The notes under the pieces: generated by a model
Told to the model about the DNA's origin: nothing
Database searches by the model: none
Seen by the model: only the letters and a program-made list of their open reading frames with translations
Shown here: positions 26,341 to 39,655 of the stretch, piece by piece
How positions within the stretch are numbered: position 1 is the stretch's first letter
Layout of the letters: every line of letters starts with the position of its first letter
Translations under genes and position numbers: made by a program
From: Gracilinanus agilis
Lineage: Eukaryota
Assembly (NCBI RefSeq): GCF_016433145.1
Contig: NC_058135.1
Span: 185,650,785 to 185,714,784 of the forward strand
Length of the DNA: 64,000 bases
Direction: 5' to 3'

Positions 26341-27270
26341 TTGGAAAATATTCAACAAACTAAACCACTAACACCAGGCTCTTCCTTTGGCATACAGGTA
26401 TACAGGAAGCTTACAGTTGCTTCCTCAAACCTAAAGAAGTTATACCAGAAAGAGTCCTGCCAACATGGTCTTCCAATTTCTCTCCGGTTTCATGTTTGCA
26501 GAAGAAACATAACCACCCATTTTCCTATTTGTATGTCTTCAATAGAAATGCTATTTCAATCTAACTTATCTTCACTTTCATTTTGGATTACCTGAAAATA
26601 ATTTTATAGGGTAGATCTAATAGCTCTCTCTGATTTTCTGATGAAACTTGTTGCTTTATCTTTTATTCTAGCCTAAAATTTAAGCTATTATTTCCTGATA
26701 TAATGAGCACTAGAACTGGGATTGTATTAGAAAATGTTGAACTGGTTTCCTGGGGGAAGGGGGTAGGGGGAATATATACTCACACTTTTAAATTTAGTTT
26801 TGAATTATTAACATTTTCTCAATTACTTAATGTACTGACAATCAACAAAATAATAAATCAAACCCCAATTTATGGGATTTGTTAATTTCCCAAGTATAAG
26901 TGTTCACACTGAAATTTTAACAATAGTCTCAAGATAATATGAAATGGCTTTAGCATGCTCCTGTCTAGGACCATTAAAGTTATTCTAACAATATCCTCTT
27001 TCCTGACCTTCAGGTTATGTACTGCCTGTGGCTCACATGTTCTTAACCTGAGGAATTCTTGCAAATTGTCCTTCGGTAGATCTTCCACTTTAGATAGAGA
27101 TTTAATGGCTTCATTTTGCTAGGTCTTTTAGACAATACCATCAAACTATCCCTACCTTTCCCTATATACCTTTCTCCAGTTTCTCTTCTAATCATCCATT
27201 TCTTTGATAACATTCTTTGTACTACTTCCTATGCATGGATCATTGTTGGAAATAGGCTGCAGGCTACTTA

Positions 27271-27275
<5 letters not shown>

Positions 27276-27307
<32 letters not shown>
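27276..27307. repeat. (TA)n microsatellite
   Basis: About 16 perfect TA units. Confidence 0.95.
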
Positions 27308-27310
<3 letters not shown>

Positions 27311-27464
27311 CACTAGTCCTTCAAGTGACTCACAGGGCTAATTCTTTAAAAATTGTGATGGTATATAATTCACAACATCTACCTTTGGTATATTTCCACT
27401 GTACTATAACTTCTATAATTCTAATATAATTCTAATGAATCTGTACGATGTAAGGGATAGACTA

Positions 27465-27700
27465 TCAGGCTTTGAATAGTGAAAATCTAGCAATAAATTT
27501 TACCTCTAGCAATTCCTAGCTTTGTGATCAAGGACAAATCACTTAACCTCTTTGATACTCAGTTTCCTCATCTATAAAATGAAGACAAATGTAAAAGGAA
27601 GGTAACTTCATACTTTCCCCACAAGGTTATTGTGAGGATCCAATGAGGTATTTAATATACATGGAGTATTTTGCAAACTAAAAATATCAGATAAATGTCT
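27465..27700 (+). mobile_element. MIR
   Basis: aaatcacttaacctctttgatactcagtttcctcatctataaaatg...ggttattgtgaggatccaatgag. Confidence 0.85.
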
Positions 27701-29020
27701 TCCCTGAGGTAATTGCTTTATTTCATTTGAACTTTGAAAGAAAAAAAAAAGAGCTCATATTGATATGGTTTTTCTTTGTCCCATTTCCCATTTTAAAAAA
27801 ATTTAATTGCATAAGTAGGTCAAATTAGAGATATATAACTACAAACTTACAAATTGAATCTTTTCTCTTCTTTAGTGTTTCATTAACATTTGGTGTTGTT
27901 TTGAATACTTGCTGTAGTGGGGGAAGGAGGATTTTGGAAAGTGACTTTGGTATAAAAAGGAAAGAGTATCCACATTCTTCAGCCTCCTTCCTGTAAAGCT
28001 AACATCTCTATAGATTGTTTGCATTTTTCTTCTGGTAGCTTCATTCATTCTCAGTTGAATCATCAGATGTGAGAAGTAATCTTTTTTGAAAAATATATAT
28101 ACTAGATTTCCCTATTAAACTATGGACTTTCCACAACAACCATTATAAGCCCAATTCTGATGCTGATTGGCAAGAAAGTTTTCATCTGTTCCATATTTCC
28201 AACATGGGTCACTTCATCCTTTTTTTTTACATAGCCTCTGGCCTTAGCAGGGACTGCTCATATGGATGCCAGTCCTAGTATGTCCACTCCATCTGCTTTA
28301 TTTGTACTGCAGTTCATAACTCAAACAAAAGTAATTCACCAAACTTAGTCTCACCGGCATTAGGCATGGTAGTCACGTACCACCAAACCAGGCTTATTGA
28401 TCCATACATTCTTCATCATGTCTCTTCAGAAGGTCAGGATTTCTTCTCTATCTTCATATATCAGTCAATCAATAAATGTTTATTACATAACCATTACATG
28501 CCAGCCATTGCATGTCCACAGTGTCTGGATACTTAGAATTTCTTTTCCTTTCGTCTCTTCAAGTCCCATTCTTCCATTCTTCAGCCTACTACCCTTATTT
28601 TTATCCCTCTCTACCCTCTCATTATTTAAAATTTTCCAAAATGATTTATTATGATCTGGTAAAGTAATCTTCATCATGAATAGGTGTTCGTTATACTCTT
28701 TTTAACTTCTCTTCAACAAGAAAATTCATTCTCCTGTCCATATAATAGAATAGATGTCTCCTACAATAGAATAGATGGATTCTATTAGGCTGAAATGCAG
28801 TTCCTAAAGATCAGTGAGGAGCTCATTTGGTCCTATGCCTCATTTTATGGAAGGGGTTATGGTTACTGTGTGCTTATGTTACTATACAGCTTCTCATAAG
28901 AACTCCAGCTGCTAATTGCCGTTGAATATTGCTGGTTCTCCTGGCTGTTGTGCTCCAGAGGATGCCACTTTTCTAAAGACCAAAAATCTTTCTGTGCACA
29001 ACCTTCTCCAAATATCTTAC

Positions 29021-29057
29021 CTTATGGGAGGGTTAAGTGGCCCAGGTATGAGCAATC
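29021..29057 (-). other. Candidate 37-nt exon with strong splice sites (xLLIPGPLNPPI)
   Basis: Minus-strand acceptor ttttcatctgtcttttatttag, donor AAG|gtaaga; phase 1-2, so it does not fit the phase 1-1 chain without a partner exon. Confidence 0.25.
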
Positions 29058-30734
29058 CTAAATAAAAGACAGATGAAAACACTAGCCTAGCCAATGAGGG
29101 GGAAAAATGTCTGATTAGATTATTCAAAAATCATCTGCCTCTTTTCTGTTGGCCTCACCTGTTCTTATCACAGGGCTCCAAAGCAAAGATTAAGTGATTA
29201 GGCTAAAGGGACCTCTTATCTAGTATATAAACTCCCAGTATTTGCAAATGTAGATTTGTAAATATATATGGATGAGAAGTCCTGGGTGGCTGGAGCAGGA
29301 TTGTGCCCAATCTTGAGAATCCAACTAGAAAGGAATGTCCTAAAAAAATATTATCTATGTGACTATAATAGTTTGGGTCAATTTCTTTGAAAATGAAATT
29401 TTCCATTTTTTCCAAAGCATTCTGCATAAATATTTAATATAATAGATATATTTGGTATTTTAGTCATTTTACCAACTATTATGGCCTGAGTTATAGAGGA
29501 TAGAGAACCTAATTTGAAGTTAGGAAGAACTGAGGTCAATTATAGACTCCAACACACACTGAATATGTGATCATAGGCATATCACTCAAACTCAGATATA
29601 CCATAAACAATTCTTAAGATCAGTTATAGATAGCTGATTAGCACTAATCACTGTATTTTACACACAGTATGTTCTCTATATGGATGAAATCACTGGACCA
29701 AACAAAAATTAAAAATGAAAACCTACACACAAATCAAATTATCACCTGATTAATCCACTTTCCAAATTGATTTCATCAGTGTAGGGCAATCTCAGGAAAG
29801 AAATGCCCTCCACCAAGGCAGATCAACAACTCTACTACAACATTCAAAGGTAAAGAATTATAATGTGTAGAAATAGAGCATTAATACAACTGAAAAAAAC
29901 TAAGCAGACAGGACTCCAGATTATTTGGGAAGCTGCTTGTTGACGTGAACCTCGAGAAGTATCATGGGAGTAAAAAATGCTTAACTTGGAAATATACTGC
30001 AGCGGTAAGTGACTTCAGATGGATGGATCACTCTGCTATACTTTCTTGTCCTAAGACAGTTTAGTAATCTTACAGGCAGGAGATTTTCAAATTAATGTGA
30101 CCCAAAGATAAGTCTGAGAGGTATAGGTTATTTTGGAAACATGACCAGAAATCCCAATAGTCTTATTAACCTCATTTGGAACCAGTCAGTCTCTTAAATT
30201 ATAGAAATATCATACCATTATAAAATATGGGCCAAAGAGTTTGTATGCATATTCCATCACCATTTCTTTTGGCCCTAGGATAAGTTAGAATTTTCTCAAA
30301 CTTTTATACAATCATTTGCATACAAAGAGATTACTTTAATTTTAAACAGGATAAAGTGCCCCAACATTTCAATTAATAACAACTATCTGCACTGTGTCTA
30401 TATGAGGCAAACTATAGATAACTCATCATATAGCAATGATTTGGCAGAAGGAAATTGGAATGTTAGGGCTCCGGGAAGTTGAAGTATATTAAAGGGCAAA
30501 TTCAACAGCATTTTTTCTGCTATCTAAATAATAAGTCCATAATAATTCACATTCCTGTAACCCTTAGTGGTTTGGAAAATGCTTTCCTCACCATGACCCC
30601 AAGAGTTAAGTAGTTTAAGTATTTTTCCTATTTTACAGATGGTCATTTGAATTCAGGTAACTTGACCTCAAGTTCAGCCTATTCTCTACCATTGCAGGGT
30701 ATGCTGGAATGGTGCTTAGACATAATTTAGTCAA

Positions 30735-30975
30735 GGTAGGTGGCATAGTAAATAGAGCACTGAGCCTGGAATCAGGAACCCTGAGTTCAAATTCATCCTT
30801 AAACATCTACTAGCTATGTGGCCCTGGGTAAATAATTTAAAATCTGTTTCCTCATCTTTAAAATGGTATCATAGTAGCACCTCCATCCCAAAGTTGCTGT
30901 ATCAAATGGAATATTTGTTAAGTGCTCAGCACAGCACCTGGCATACAGTAGGTGCTTAATAAATACATTTCCTTC
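30735..30975 (+). mobile_element. MIR (near full length)
   Basis: ggtggcatagtaaatagagcactgagcctggaatcaggaaccctgagttcaaat...cagcacctggcatacagtaggtgcttaataaat. Confidence 0.85.
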
Positions 30976-32433
30976 CTTCTCTGTATCTCCATCCCTTTTA
31001 TTCTGATTGGGAAACAAAGCCTCAAAATTCTCCTGAAAAAGACTGCCCCAAAACCACATAGCTTGTGAACAGCAGAGCTGGGATCTCAAACCTGGATATT
31101 TGGATTATAAATGCCCTGAGAGTAACTCCTTGGAAACGAAGAGAATGGGTGGATAGGTGAGGCTTCAGCTGACTTGGGGGCTTTGATATTTGGAATGTTG
31201 AATCATACTAGCTGTCTACTTATCCTACTCTTCCTGAGCTCTTATTGATCTACCATCAATCAATAGAGTTTAATCGATTTCTTTGATAACTGGGTCAGAT
31301 ATGAAGTAGGAAGGTGAAATCTTGATTTTTGAGTCCCTTCCCCCTTCCAGAATGTTGAATAACTTTCACCTTATGTGACTGAGCATATTTTAGGAGGTGG
31401 GAGAAAGGATATTGAGGCTGAAAATATCTCTGAGCCTCTGCTCTCAACTGAAAACTTTACAGGGAAACCCTACCAGGTTTCTAACCAACCAGTCTTCCCC
31501 TGAAAGGGGTATGAAGATTTTTCGTGCTACCTTTTGCAGGCATTTGGTAAATTTGCTACAGTAATTAGTGCAACTTTAGGTCTGGGCTAACTCTATAAAG
31601 TCCAGTCCCCTGGCCACCTAAATGGTAGGATTTTTCATTTTCAGACAGCTACTTCACTGAGGAACATGGTCTCTATGTTCCTACTCCCCTAATGGTTCTA
31701 GATCATTTTCTTCAGTAAGAGAGGGAAAGTTACACAGTCATTTATTAAAACTTGGTCATACTTTGTTGCTGGAGCCTCAATTTTACTGGTATGGAGAGCT
31801 CTCATTAACAAAAGTTTCTTCTATGATTTCAGAACAGCACCTATTCTGCAAATATTCTAGGCTCAGAGAGTTGTCTGGGACGCTCATATCTTACAATTTG
31901 TTCAGGATGACAGACCTGAATATGTCACAGAGAGGACTGAAACCCAGATCTTCTTGACTTCTGTTTTTCTTGGCTCTCTATCTACAAACCACGCTTCATT
32001 TGACATGTATATAGTACTTTTAACTTTGTGAAGCTCGTGGGCTGTGTGGTCTCATTTGAGACTCAAAACAACCCTATTATTACATTCATTTAATGGGTTA
32101 TTAAACAAGATCATAAAGGTTAAGTGACTTGACCATGAGCACACTACTAGGAAATGTCAGAAACAACATTTAGAACCGGGTCTTCCTAATTAGAAATCCA
32201 GGATTCTGTCCCCTATGTCTCGCTACCATTCTCAATAAGTGCATCAGTATGGATCAGCTCGTCAGACCATCATATCACTGATGTGGATGTTCATAGAAGT
32301 TGGGAAAGGACCAAAGCAGAGAATGGTCAGAGGGAGCAGGCTGTGATAGGACACCACAGTGAGTGAAGTTGGGCATCCAGGGAAAAATGAAGTATGGAAA
32401 TCATAGGGTAAATCAAACTTGAAAGGGAATGCC

Positions 32434-32598
32434 GATAGGTTCAAATCTGGCCTCAGACACTTCCCAGTTGTGTGACCCTGGGCAAGTCACTTGACCCCCA
32501 TTGCCTAGCCCTCACCACTCTTCTGCCTTGGAACAAATACATAGTATTGACTCCAAGATGGAAGGTAAGGGTTTAAAAAAAAAAAAAGAAAGAAAAGA
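32434..32598 (+). mobile_element. Young 5'-truncated SINE1_Mdo inserted in an L3/MIR3-like fragment
   Basis: Starts at the B box (aggttcaaatctggcctcagacacttccc), intact tail and A-run; flanking direct repeat aaagggaatgc / aaagagaatgc. Confidence 0.9.
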
Positions 32599-32613
32599 GA
32601 ATGCTGAGTTCAA

Positions 32614-32860
32614 AGGAGTCAAACAGAAAGTTCTTAAACTTTTTGGTCTCAGACTCATTTATGCTCTTAAAGGTGAAGAATGAAAACACCTTTTATTTTT
32701 ATCATACATATATACATATATGCATATAAATATTCACCATATTAGAAAGGGAAACATCTCGGTATTATTATTAAAATAATTTTGACTTTAGGGATCCATT
32801 GAAAGGATGTCAGGGCTCTGACAAGGTACCAGATCATATTCCTAAGATGGTTGATTCAGT
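32614..32860. mobile_element. Degenerate Charlie-derived hAT MITE
   Basis: gttcttaaactttttggtctcag...ctcttaaa...aaaataattttgac...gggatccattgaaagg resembles Charlie1-derived deletion products; ends eroded. Confidence 0.5.
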
Positions 32861-33496
32861 CCAAAACTGTCATTTTAAAAAGGAGAAAATTGAGATCAGG
32901 AAAGGTTAAGTGGCTTATTAGGATCCTTTAAATAGTAATTCTCAGAGTTGGGATTCAAATATTGATGTTCTTAATTCAAATCCAGAATTTTTTTTATCAG
33001 ATTGCCTTAGGATGGAGGAGGTGGGAATTAATGTAGTACCAAAAGGATATATTTCTTATATGCCTTTTACACTACCTAATAGAATGTTTTACATTAGGAA
33101 GTATAGTAAAATGGGCAGCATACATGAGGGTGTGGGACAAAAATCTAAAGACCTGGGTTCAAATGCTATAGCTTTTATTTTTAGCAGGTCACTTTGATTT
33201 CCTTACCTATAAAATAAAGAGTTACTGGACTAAATGATCTCTAAGGTCCCAACAGGTCTAAAGCCTTGTAAAACTAAAGAAAACATTAATGTAAGAAATT
33301 AATTTGCTTGGGAAACTAGTATGCCAGAAGCATAAGTCTATTTTTGTCTTGGACACTTATAATAGACATGGTAAGATTTTATATATTTTATGCATTTTAT
33401 GAGCATGCTAATGATGCAACAGGGATGAACTAGGCAGCATATGCTAGGATAATTATATCTTCTGTCTGCTAATCCAAGGTTGGCTCTTTTATTGAT

Positions 33497-34255
33497 GACA
33501 TTCACATTTTAAATTATATTATTTTTCCAGTTATCAAAATTTTTCCTTCTGCCCCACTGAACAATTGAAAAAGAAAAAGAAAAAATCAAATTTAAAAAAC
33601 ACTGTTATTTAATTATGCATTGTCTAACAAAAGAAGTATCAGTAACATCCAAAAATGTATGTCTCATTCTGTATTTTATGCCCATCATCTCCCTGGTGGA
33701 AGGTAGCAAGCTTGCTTATCTTCAGCCCTCTAAAAGAGTGGCTTGTCATTGCACTGATCAAAGTTATGAAGTCATTCTAATATATTTTTATTTATATTGC
33801 AGTTATAATTGTATAAATTGTTCCCCTGATTCTCCACACTTCACTTTGCGTCTCTTCCTAGAGGTTTTCTTATTCTCCTCAAAAGCTATTGATTTTTGTT
33901 CTCATTTTTTAATGCTCAAAAATATCACATTTCATTCACATGCCATAATTTGTTTATCAATTTATCAATTCTCAGTAAGCATAACCCATTATTTTCCAGG
34001 TTCGGATTTTGTTTTGTTTCCTTTTTTTGCTACTAAGAAAAGAGCTTCTATAAATATTTTGTACATATGTTTTCTTTTCTTGTTTCCTTGATCTTTTCTG
34101 CACATACTCCGAATAGTGACATCACTGGGTCAAAGAGTAAGAAGTGTTTGATGTCCTTTTGAACATAGCTCCAAAGTGTTTTCCAGAATTGCTACACTAA
34201 TTCACAGTTCTGACCACAATGCAATAAGGTGTCTATTTTCCTACAGCCCCTCCCA
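33497..34255 (-). mobile_element. Old marsupial L1 3' region
   Basis: tttgtttatcaatttatcaattc...ttttttgctactaagaaaagagcttctataaatattttgtacat...actgggtcaaagag...ttccagaattgctacactaattcacagttc. Confidence 0.8.
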
Positions 34256-36214
34256 TTTTTAGAATACATGCTTTGAAGTATCTGGTCTCTCTTTTTTTCC
34301 ATTAGCAAGACAAAATTTAACTGAGAGTCCCTAGGAGTTAGATTAATAAGTCATTACTTGAATATTATTACCTTCAGCATGACCCAAAGCCATAATAGTT
34401 GAGTTTAATTCTTGTTCATATGATAAGCCTCTGTATTGACCTTTGGGTAATAATCAACTTGATTTCTTCACAGATAGCAATATTCCCTATTTCGTTGTCC
34501 TGACAATATGGATGTATTGAAAAATATGGATGCAAAAATATTGGACCTTCATTTAAGGGAGAAGAATTGTGGGATTGCTCCCAAATAATCTAGACCATTC
34601 TTCTCTTCTTCAATGTCAGACTCAATTCACTGACTATTTTTAATGTCTACCAAGTTACTTATCAATATATGGTAGAGCTCTAGGTTTTATCCAATCAAAT
34701 GCATATCACAATCCAGAAAATGTGCTCTGTGTGCTCATGTAAATATTTGCATGTGTGAGTATGTATACATGCTTATGTATATACATATATAGCTGGAAGT
34801 TAAAAGTTTTAAATAATTATGGATTTCATTAATGAGTTTTTTCAACTTTTTTATGGTTTGATACAACCATACCTCATTGCTCTGAAACTATGTCCAAGGA
34901 AATATGCTGGCATCGGTGATACAAAGAAATAAATAGATTCCACCCTCTTGCCTTTTACTAGTGGGGTTGGTATTCTCCATTGCCACTTGGGTCACTGAAA
35001 AATTTTGATTTTTCAGAAGTGATGGTTTTGTATTATTCACCATCTATAGGAAATTTGTCCTTCATTTGAACTCTGTGACATCTTGCAAGACTATGATAAA
35101 CAAATTTGTTAAGGAATTCCCTTTCAGTTTGATGACTCATTGGATATGATTAATATGGGAATTGCTAAATAAAGTTTTCTCTGTTGTTATGTATTCTAAA
35201 AATTTTGATATATGCTTAGGAAATATTTTATAGGAAAAGATTCTTCTTCTTGTCCATGCACTACCACAATTCTCTATAGAGTGTTTACAAAACACACTGG
35301 AGGCCTTTGAAAAAGTAAGATAATATTACTTGGGTTGCTCTGAAACTTTTAGCTTCTGCTATTTTGCTGACTTACTCTTTTCCAGTAATACACCCCTGAA
35401 AAAAAATCTGAATCTTCATTTTAAATATAATCTATCTTGCTTACTTATATCTTTCTTCCTGGTTCTTTCCTTAACTTAGAACCTCCTTCCATTTCTAATG
35501 CATGCTCTATTTCTACTTTCTTTTCCTAATTATCTATTTTGCATTTCTGATCAAGTTAACTCTATTCTCCAGAAAAAAAAAGTTATGGAATTTAAAATGT
35601 TATCCCTTCACATAGAAAGACTGTCCCTACCCAGATGGGATTGAGTTTGCTACTTAGTACTATGCCATTTAAAGTTGAAGTGTGCCCTTGACAACCCCTA
35701 TTACATAGTAAAAAAATTTAAATAAATGAATTTGTAACTTGATCATGTCATCAAATCTAAAGATAAAATCGAATCATAGAGAATTTATATTAATACAAAT
35801 TAACCTACTAATTTTATTGTGGTTGGAATAATAAAGCATGCAGTTATTTTAAATTCATAATTTTAAGTGGTAGAGTGGTCAAGTGGACAGAGAGCCAATG
35901 AGGAGCCAAGAAGACATAGGTTCATTTCTAATCTTTGAAATATGCAAGCTATCTCTCTCTGGACAAGTCACTTAACTTCTCAATGCCATAGGCAACCCTC
36001 AAAAAGTGTAATTTGCACTGAATTTATTGATACACATTGATGGAAGGAAATTCCTTACCTAGTAAATACTTATACCAATGAAATCATAGTCTGAATCCAA
36101 TTGACTAATTTTAGAATATGTAATCTTAAAATATCATTTCTCATTAAAAAGCATACCATCTGTGTTGAACAATAACAACAAAAAAGTATTCTGTTGTGAG
36201 CACTAGCTTGTCCT

Positions 36215-36650
36215 CTTTAAGGGTTGTTTTCCTCCTTTGACGTCTACCTGCCAACCAATTCTCACCTGAAGCTCCAAGAAGCTCAGGTACAGTGGAAAAG
36301 CTCTAGTAAACTATCTCAACACATGAGTTAAACCAGGTTAAAGGTAACTGACAGGACTCATATCTGTTGGTAAGTTAGAGGACATGTGAAGACTTCACCT
36401 AGTAGAAAGATTAGATGAGAACAATTTGTTCCAAAGGTCATAGAGGTGACTGAAATAGGCATTTATAGCTTAGTTAGACATCAATGAAGCCAAAGTCATA
36501 CACTGTGTCCCAAGCCATCATCAGTCTTCTTGACTTTTTTCCTGACACTGGACTTTAATGACTCTGGAAGAGAGAATGAGGTCTTTCACTATGCAATTCT
36601 GCTTCATTTGAATCCAATTTATGCACAAATCAAAAACCATTTTGGTCTCC
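36215..36650. mobile_element. RTE-related marsupial element (WALLSI1/RTESINE-like)
   Basis: tgacgtctacc...ctcacctgaagctccaagaagc...gatgagaacaatttgttccaaagg...actggactttaatgactctggaagagagaatgagg matches the recalled RTE-derived consensus. Confidence 0.7.
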
Positions 36651-37649
36651 TTGAGTATGAAGGGCAACCATTTTTCTCTTTCTTAGGAAAATAAATTTCA
36701 CATCTCCAAAAAGGAAGCAATAAAATATAATTTTTAAAAAATGAGTTACATTCATTTAGAAGTATGATGATTATAGGAAATTAATTTAAATAACAAATAA
36801 TTTAAATAATGATACAGGAATAAATTAGAATTGTTTTCATTATAAAGACATTTATTTGAGGAAAGTAAAGATGAACATTCTTAAACTGATTATATTGCTT
36901 TGTAAGGAAACTAATTCATTACTGATCGGTTAAGCCTTTATTATATCAATCAAACGTTTTAATGATACTTTAGAGTTTATTAAACTTTTGAGTAACTTCT
37001 TACAAGCAACTTAAAGATTGCTGATGGTTCATAATTTATAAGCAGCTATATGAAAATACTAAATAGAAATTAAAATATATAAACTTTAAAAAAGTAAATA
37101 AAATGAACAAAGAGGTATCTTTGTGTATTTGTTTACTATGAGACAATACATCTCATAACCTTGCTTCCAAGGATTATCTCTGAATCTCTGCACTTATGTT
37201 ATAAGGCAAATCAAAGTAAATAAGGAAAGAAATAGCCAATTAAAGAGCATGGTAAGTTACATTCCAGGCAGAACCAAAAGGTGCTTCTAATTTCTTTTGA
37301 AATCTAATTCATTTCTAGCTAATGGACTCTCCAGAGGTGGAGTAGAGGAGTTGAAGGCAGAGGAATGATGCTTGTTTCTTCAAGTCAGTAAGAAGATCAT
37401 GAGTGACAAACTGGATGAAGATTAGAAAGACCAGTACAATCCAGTTTCATTTAATAACCATGTATTTTCTAGACAGTGAACTCAAACAGGTGAGGTAGCT
37501 GAGAATACTTTTCAGTATTGTCCAAAAATAATAAGGAGACAAAGGGTAACAGCAAGGGGGAATATATGCCTTCAAAGGCAGGATGGAGGTGTTACACAGC
37601 CTCATCTGACCAGAAGTAAAATCACACCTTGATTTATAATAGTAAAACA

Positions 37650-38105
37650 ATGAATCATTCCATAAGCATTTATTAAATGTTTACTAGGTGTAATATAGTG
37701 GAGTCTCAAAGATAAAAATGAAGTAGACTTTACCTTCAAGGAGATCACATTCTATTAGTACAGATAGCATCTGAATAATCAAGTAAATATAAATTAATTT
37801 GGTAAGATATGCCACCATTTAGTAGGAGATCAGGAAAGTCTTCGTTCAAAGGTACTACTTGAGTTGAGGAATGGAGAGCAGAAATTCGGAGGTGAGGAGA
37901 AAGTTCACTCAAATAGAGGAGGGAATGCATTGTCCTCATTTCTATGCAAAGACACAGAAAACCAACGGAGAGAATGTCCTAGGTGTGAGATACAGCAAGA
38001 ACACTCGTTTAACCTGCACATAGAATGGAGGGAAAGTAATATAGAATAGACTTCGAAGTTAGCTTGTGGCCAAGTTGTAAGGACTTTAAATGTTAAACAG
38101 AGAAG
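37650..38105 (-). mobile_element. L2 3' portion
   Basis: aagcatttattaaatgtttactagg...accttcaaggagatcacattctattag followed by purine-rich L2 antisense body. Confidence 0.75.
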
Positions 38106-39556
38106 TTTATATTAAGCAGTGAATCAACCTGGCAAAGACCCTATCCCACTTTCCATATATTTGGGGGAAAAACAGTAGTGAGAAAAATTTTCAAGCTTGA
38201 GTGGCAAACTCAAAAGTAAGTTGTTCTGGCAACCTACCTTCACCTGATGGGGGCAAGGCTAGGCAAGATGCTCTCCAAATCAAACCAAATTGATGGTCGA
38301 CCCAGGTGTGGGTGGCAAAATGAGAAAATATGACAGCCAAAGTTAGAAAAAGTGATCCTGATTCCCTCAAGGATTGGAATACCTTGGAAATAACTGATTC
38401 TAATGTACAAACTATGTCTACACTTCTAAAATCATTTATTCATTTTTTCGGTCAGAAGCCTTCGGTGCTTTTATATGTGTTATAATAGCAAAGAACATGT
38501 TCAAGAAAATTAAAGGCTCCTCTCACTGATCTTCAGTCTGTGTCTGTCAGTTAGATTGGGGAATCAGCCTGAGGTGTTTAAAGTTCATTGATTAAGGGTG
38601 CTTAAGCAAAGTTAAGTGTTGAATTTATATAGCCAGGCTTTTACAAAGTCCAGCCCCAGTGGAATTTACCCGACCTGTCAGTCAGTTTTTTGGCATTAAC
38701 CAATTAGGAGACAGATAATAGCATAGGCCAGAAAAGAGGGCCAGAAAAATAATGGGAATGAGAGAAACAACTAAAATGGATAATGAAAATGAGATAATAA
38801 TTGTAAAGGACTGAGCCTATTACATAGCACATAGTATTATATAAATGTTAGCTCTTACCTCATCTAATTCAAAAAGCACTTAAGATTTCTTGTTCTTTGG
38901 AAGGCAACAAAAAATTGTTTTTGTTTTCTCTACGAAGCTACTTGCTTGTATCAATGAAATCACAGATCTGGTTTTTGGTCCCTATCCTTAATGCAATAAA
39001 ATTGTCTAGGGTTAGATTAACAAATATCATAAGGCTCTGACTCCACCAAATTGATCACTTTCAAAAAAAACTTAAAAGCTGCTATATTGACACCATCATT
39101 AAAATGAAACAGGATACCAGGCTCTGATTGCATGTTTTTCTTAGGACCCTATTTTTTTATCTGCTGTGTAAAGATAATACTTCTTTTTTACATTGCAGTT
39201 TGATCATCCCTCTTTTACAGATGCCAACATTCCAGTCAGTTCAGAACCAGTATGTGCCTCATTCCTGGTCACATGGTCATTCAGTGACTGCTGGGTTGGG
39301 AGCCCCATCTCCTAATTCCAAATCCATTGTTCTTCCTCAAAGATTCCACAATTTAGTAGGATATTTAAAATATAAAAAACACAAATTTTATCTGAGATAT
39401 AATGACTCACATCTGGGCAACTATTCTATCCAAGAAAGTGAAAGGAAAAAAAAAGTATCCCAAGTAGAAAATATCTGTAACAGAGAACGTATCTAATTCT
39501 TTTAATGGTTTCCCACAAATGAGATTCTTCATAGGAATTTTTTTTCTTTTTCATTT

Positions 39557-39595
39557 TCTCTCTCAATCTCTCTCTCTCAATCTCTCTCTCTCTCT

Positions 39596-39652
<57 letters not shown>
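39557..39652. repeat. (CT)n microsatellite with three CAAT interruptions
   Basis: tctctctcaatctctctctctcaatctctctctctctctcaatc(tc)n, about 96 bp. Confidence 0.95.

Positions 39653-39655
<3 letters not shown>

Noticed and set aside
26882-27088. Protein-like minus ORF (EDLPKDNLQEFLR...)
   Set aside because: No credible upstream splice acceptor and no recognisable homology.
33615-34091. Longest listed ORF (158 aa, plus strand)
   Set aside because: It lies antisense to an old L1 3' region and has the F/L/I/S-rich composition of T-rich non-coding DNA.
38160-38330. Possible snRNA or snoRNA pseudogene (Sm-site-like aatttttc on the minus strand)
   Set aside because: No extended match to U1, U2, U4, U5, U11, U12 or U4atac as I recall them; left unannotated.
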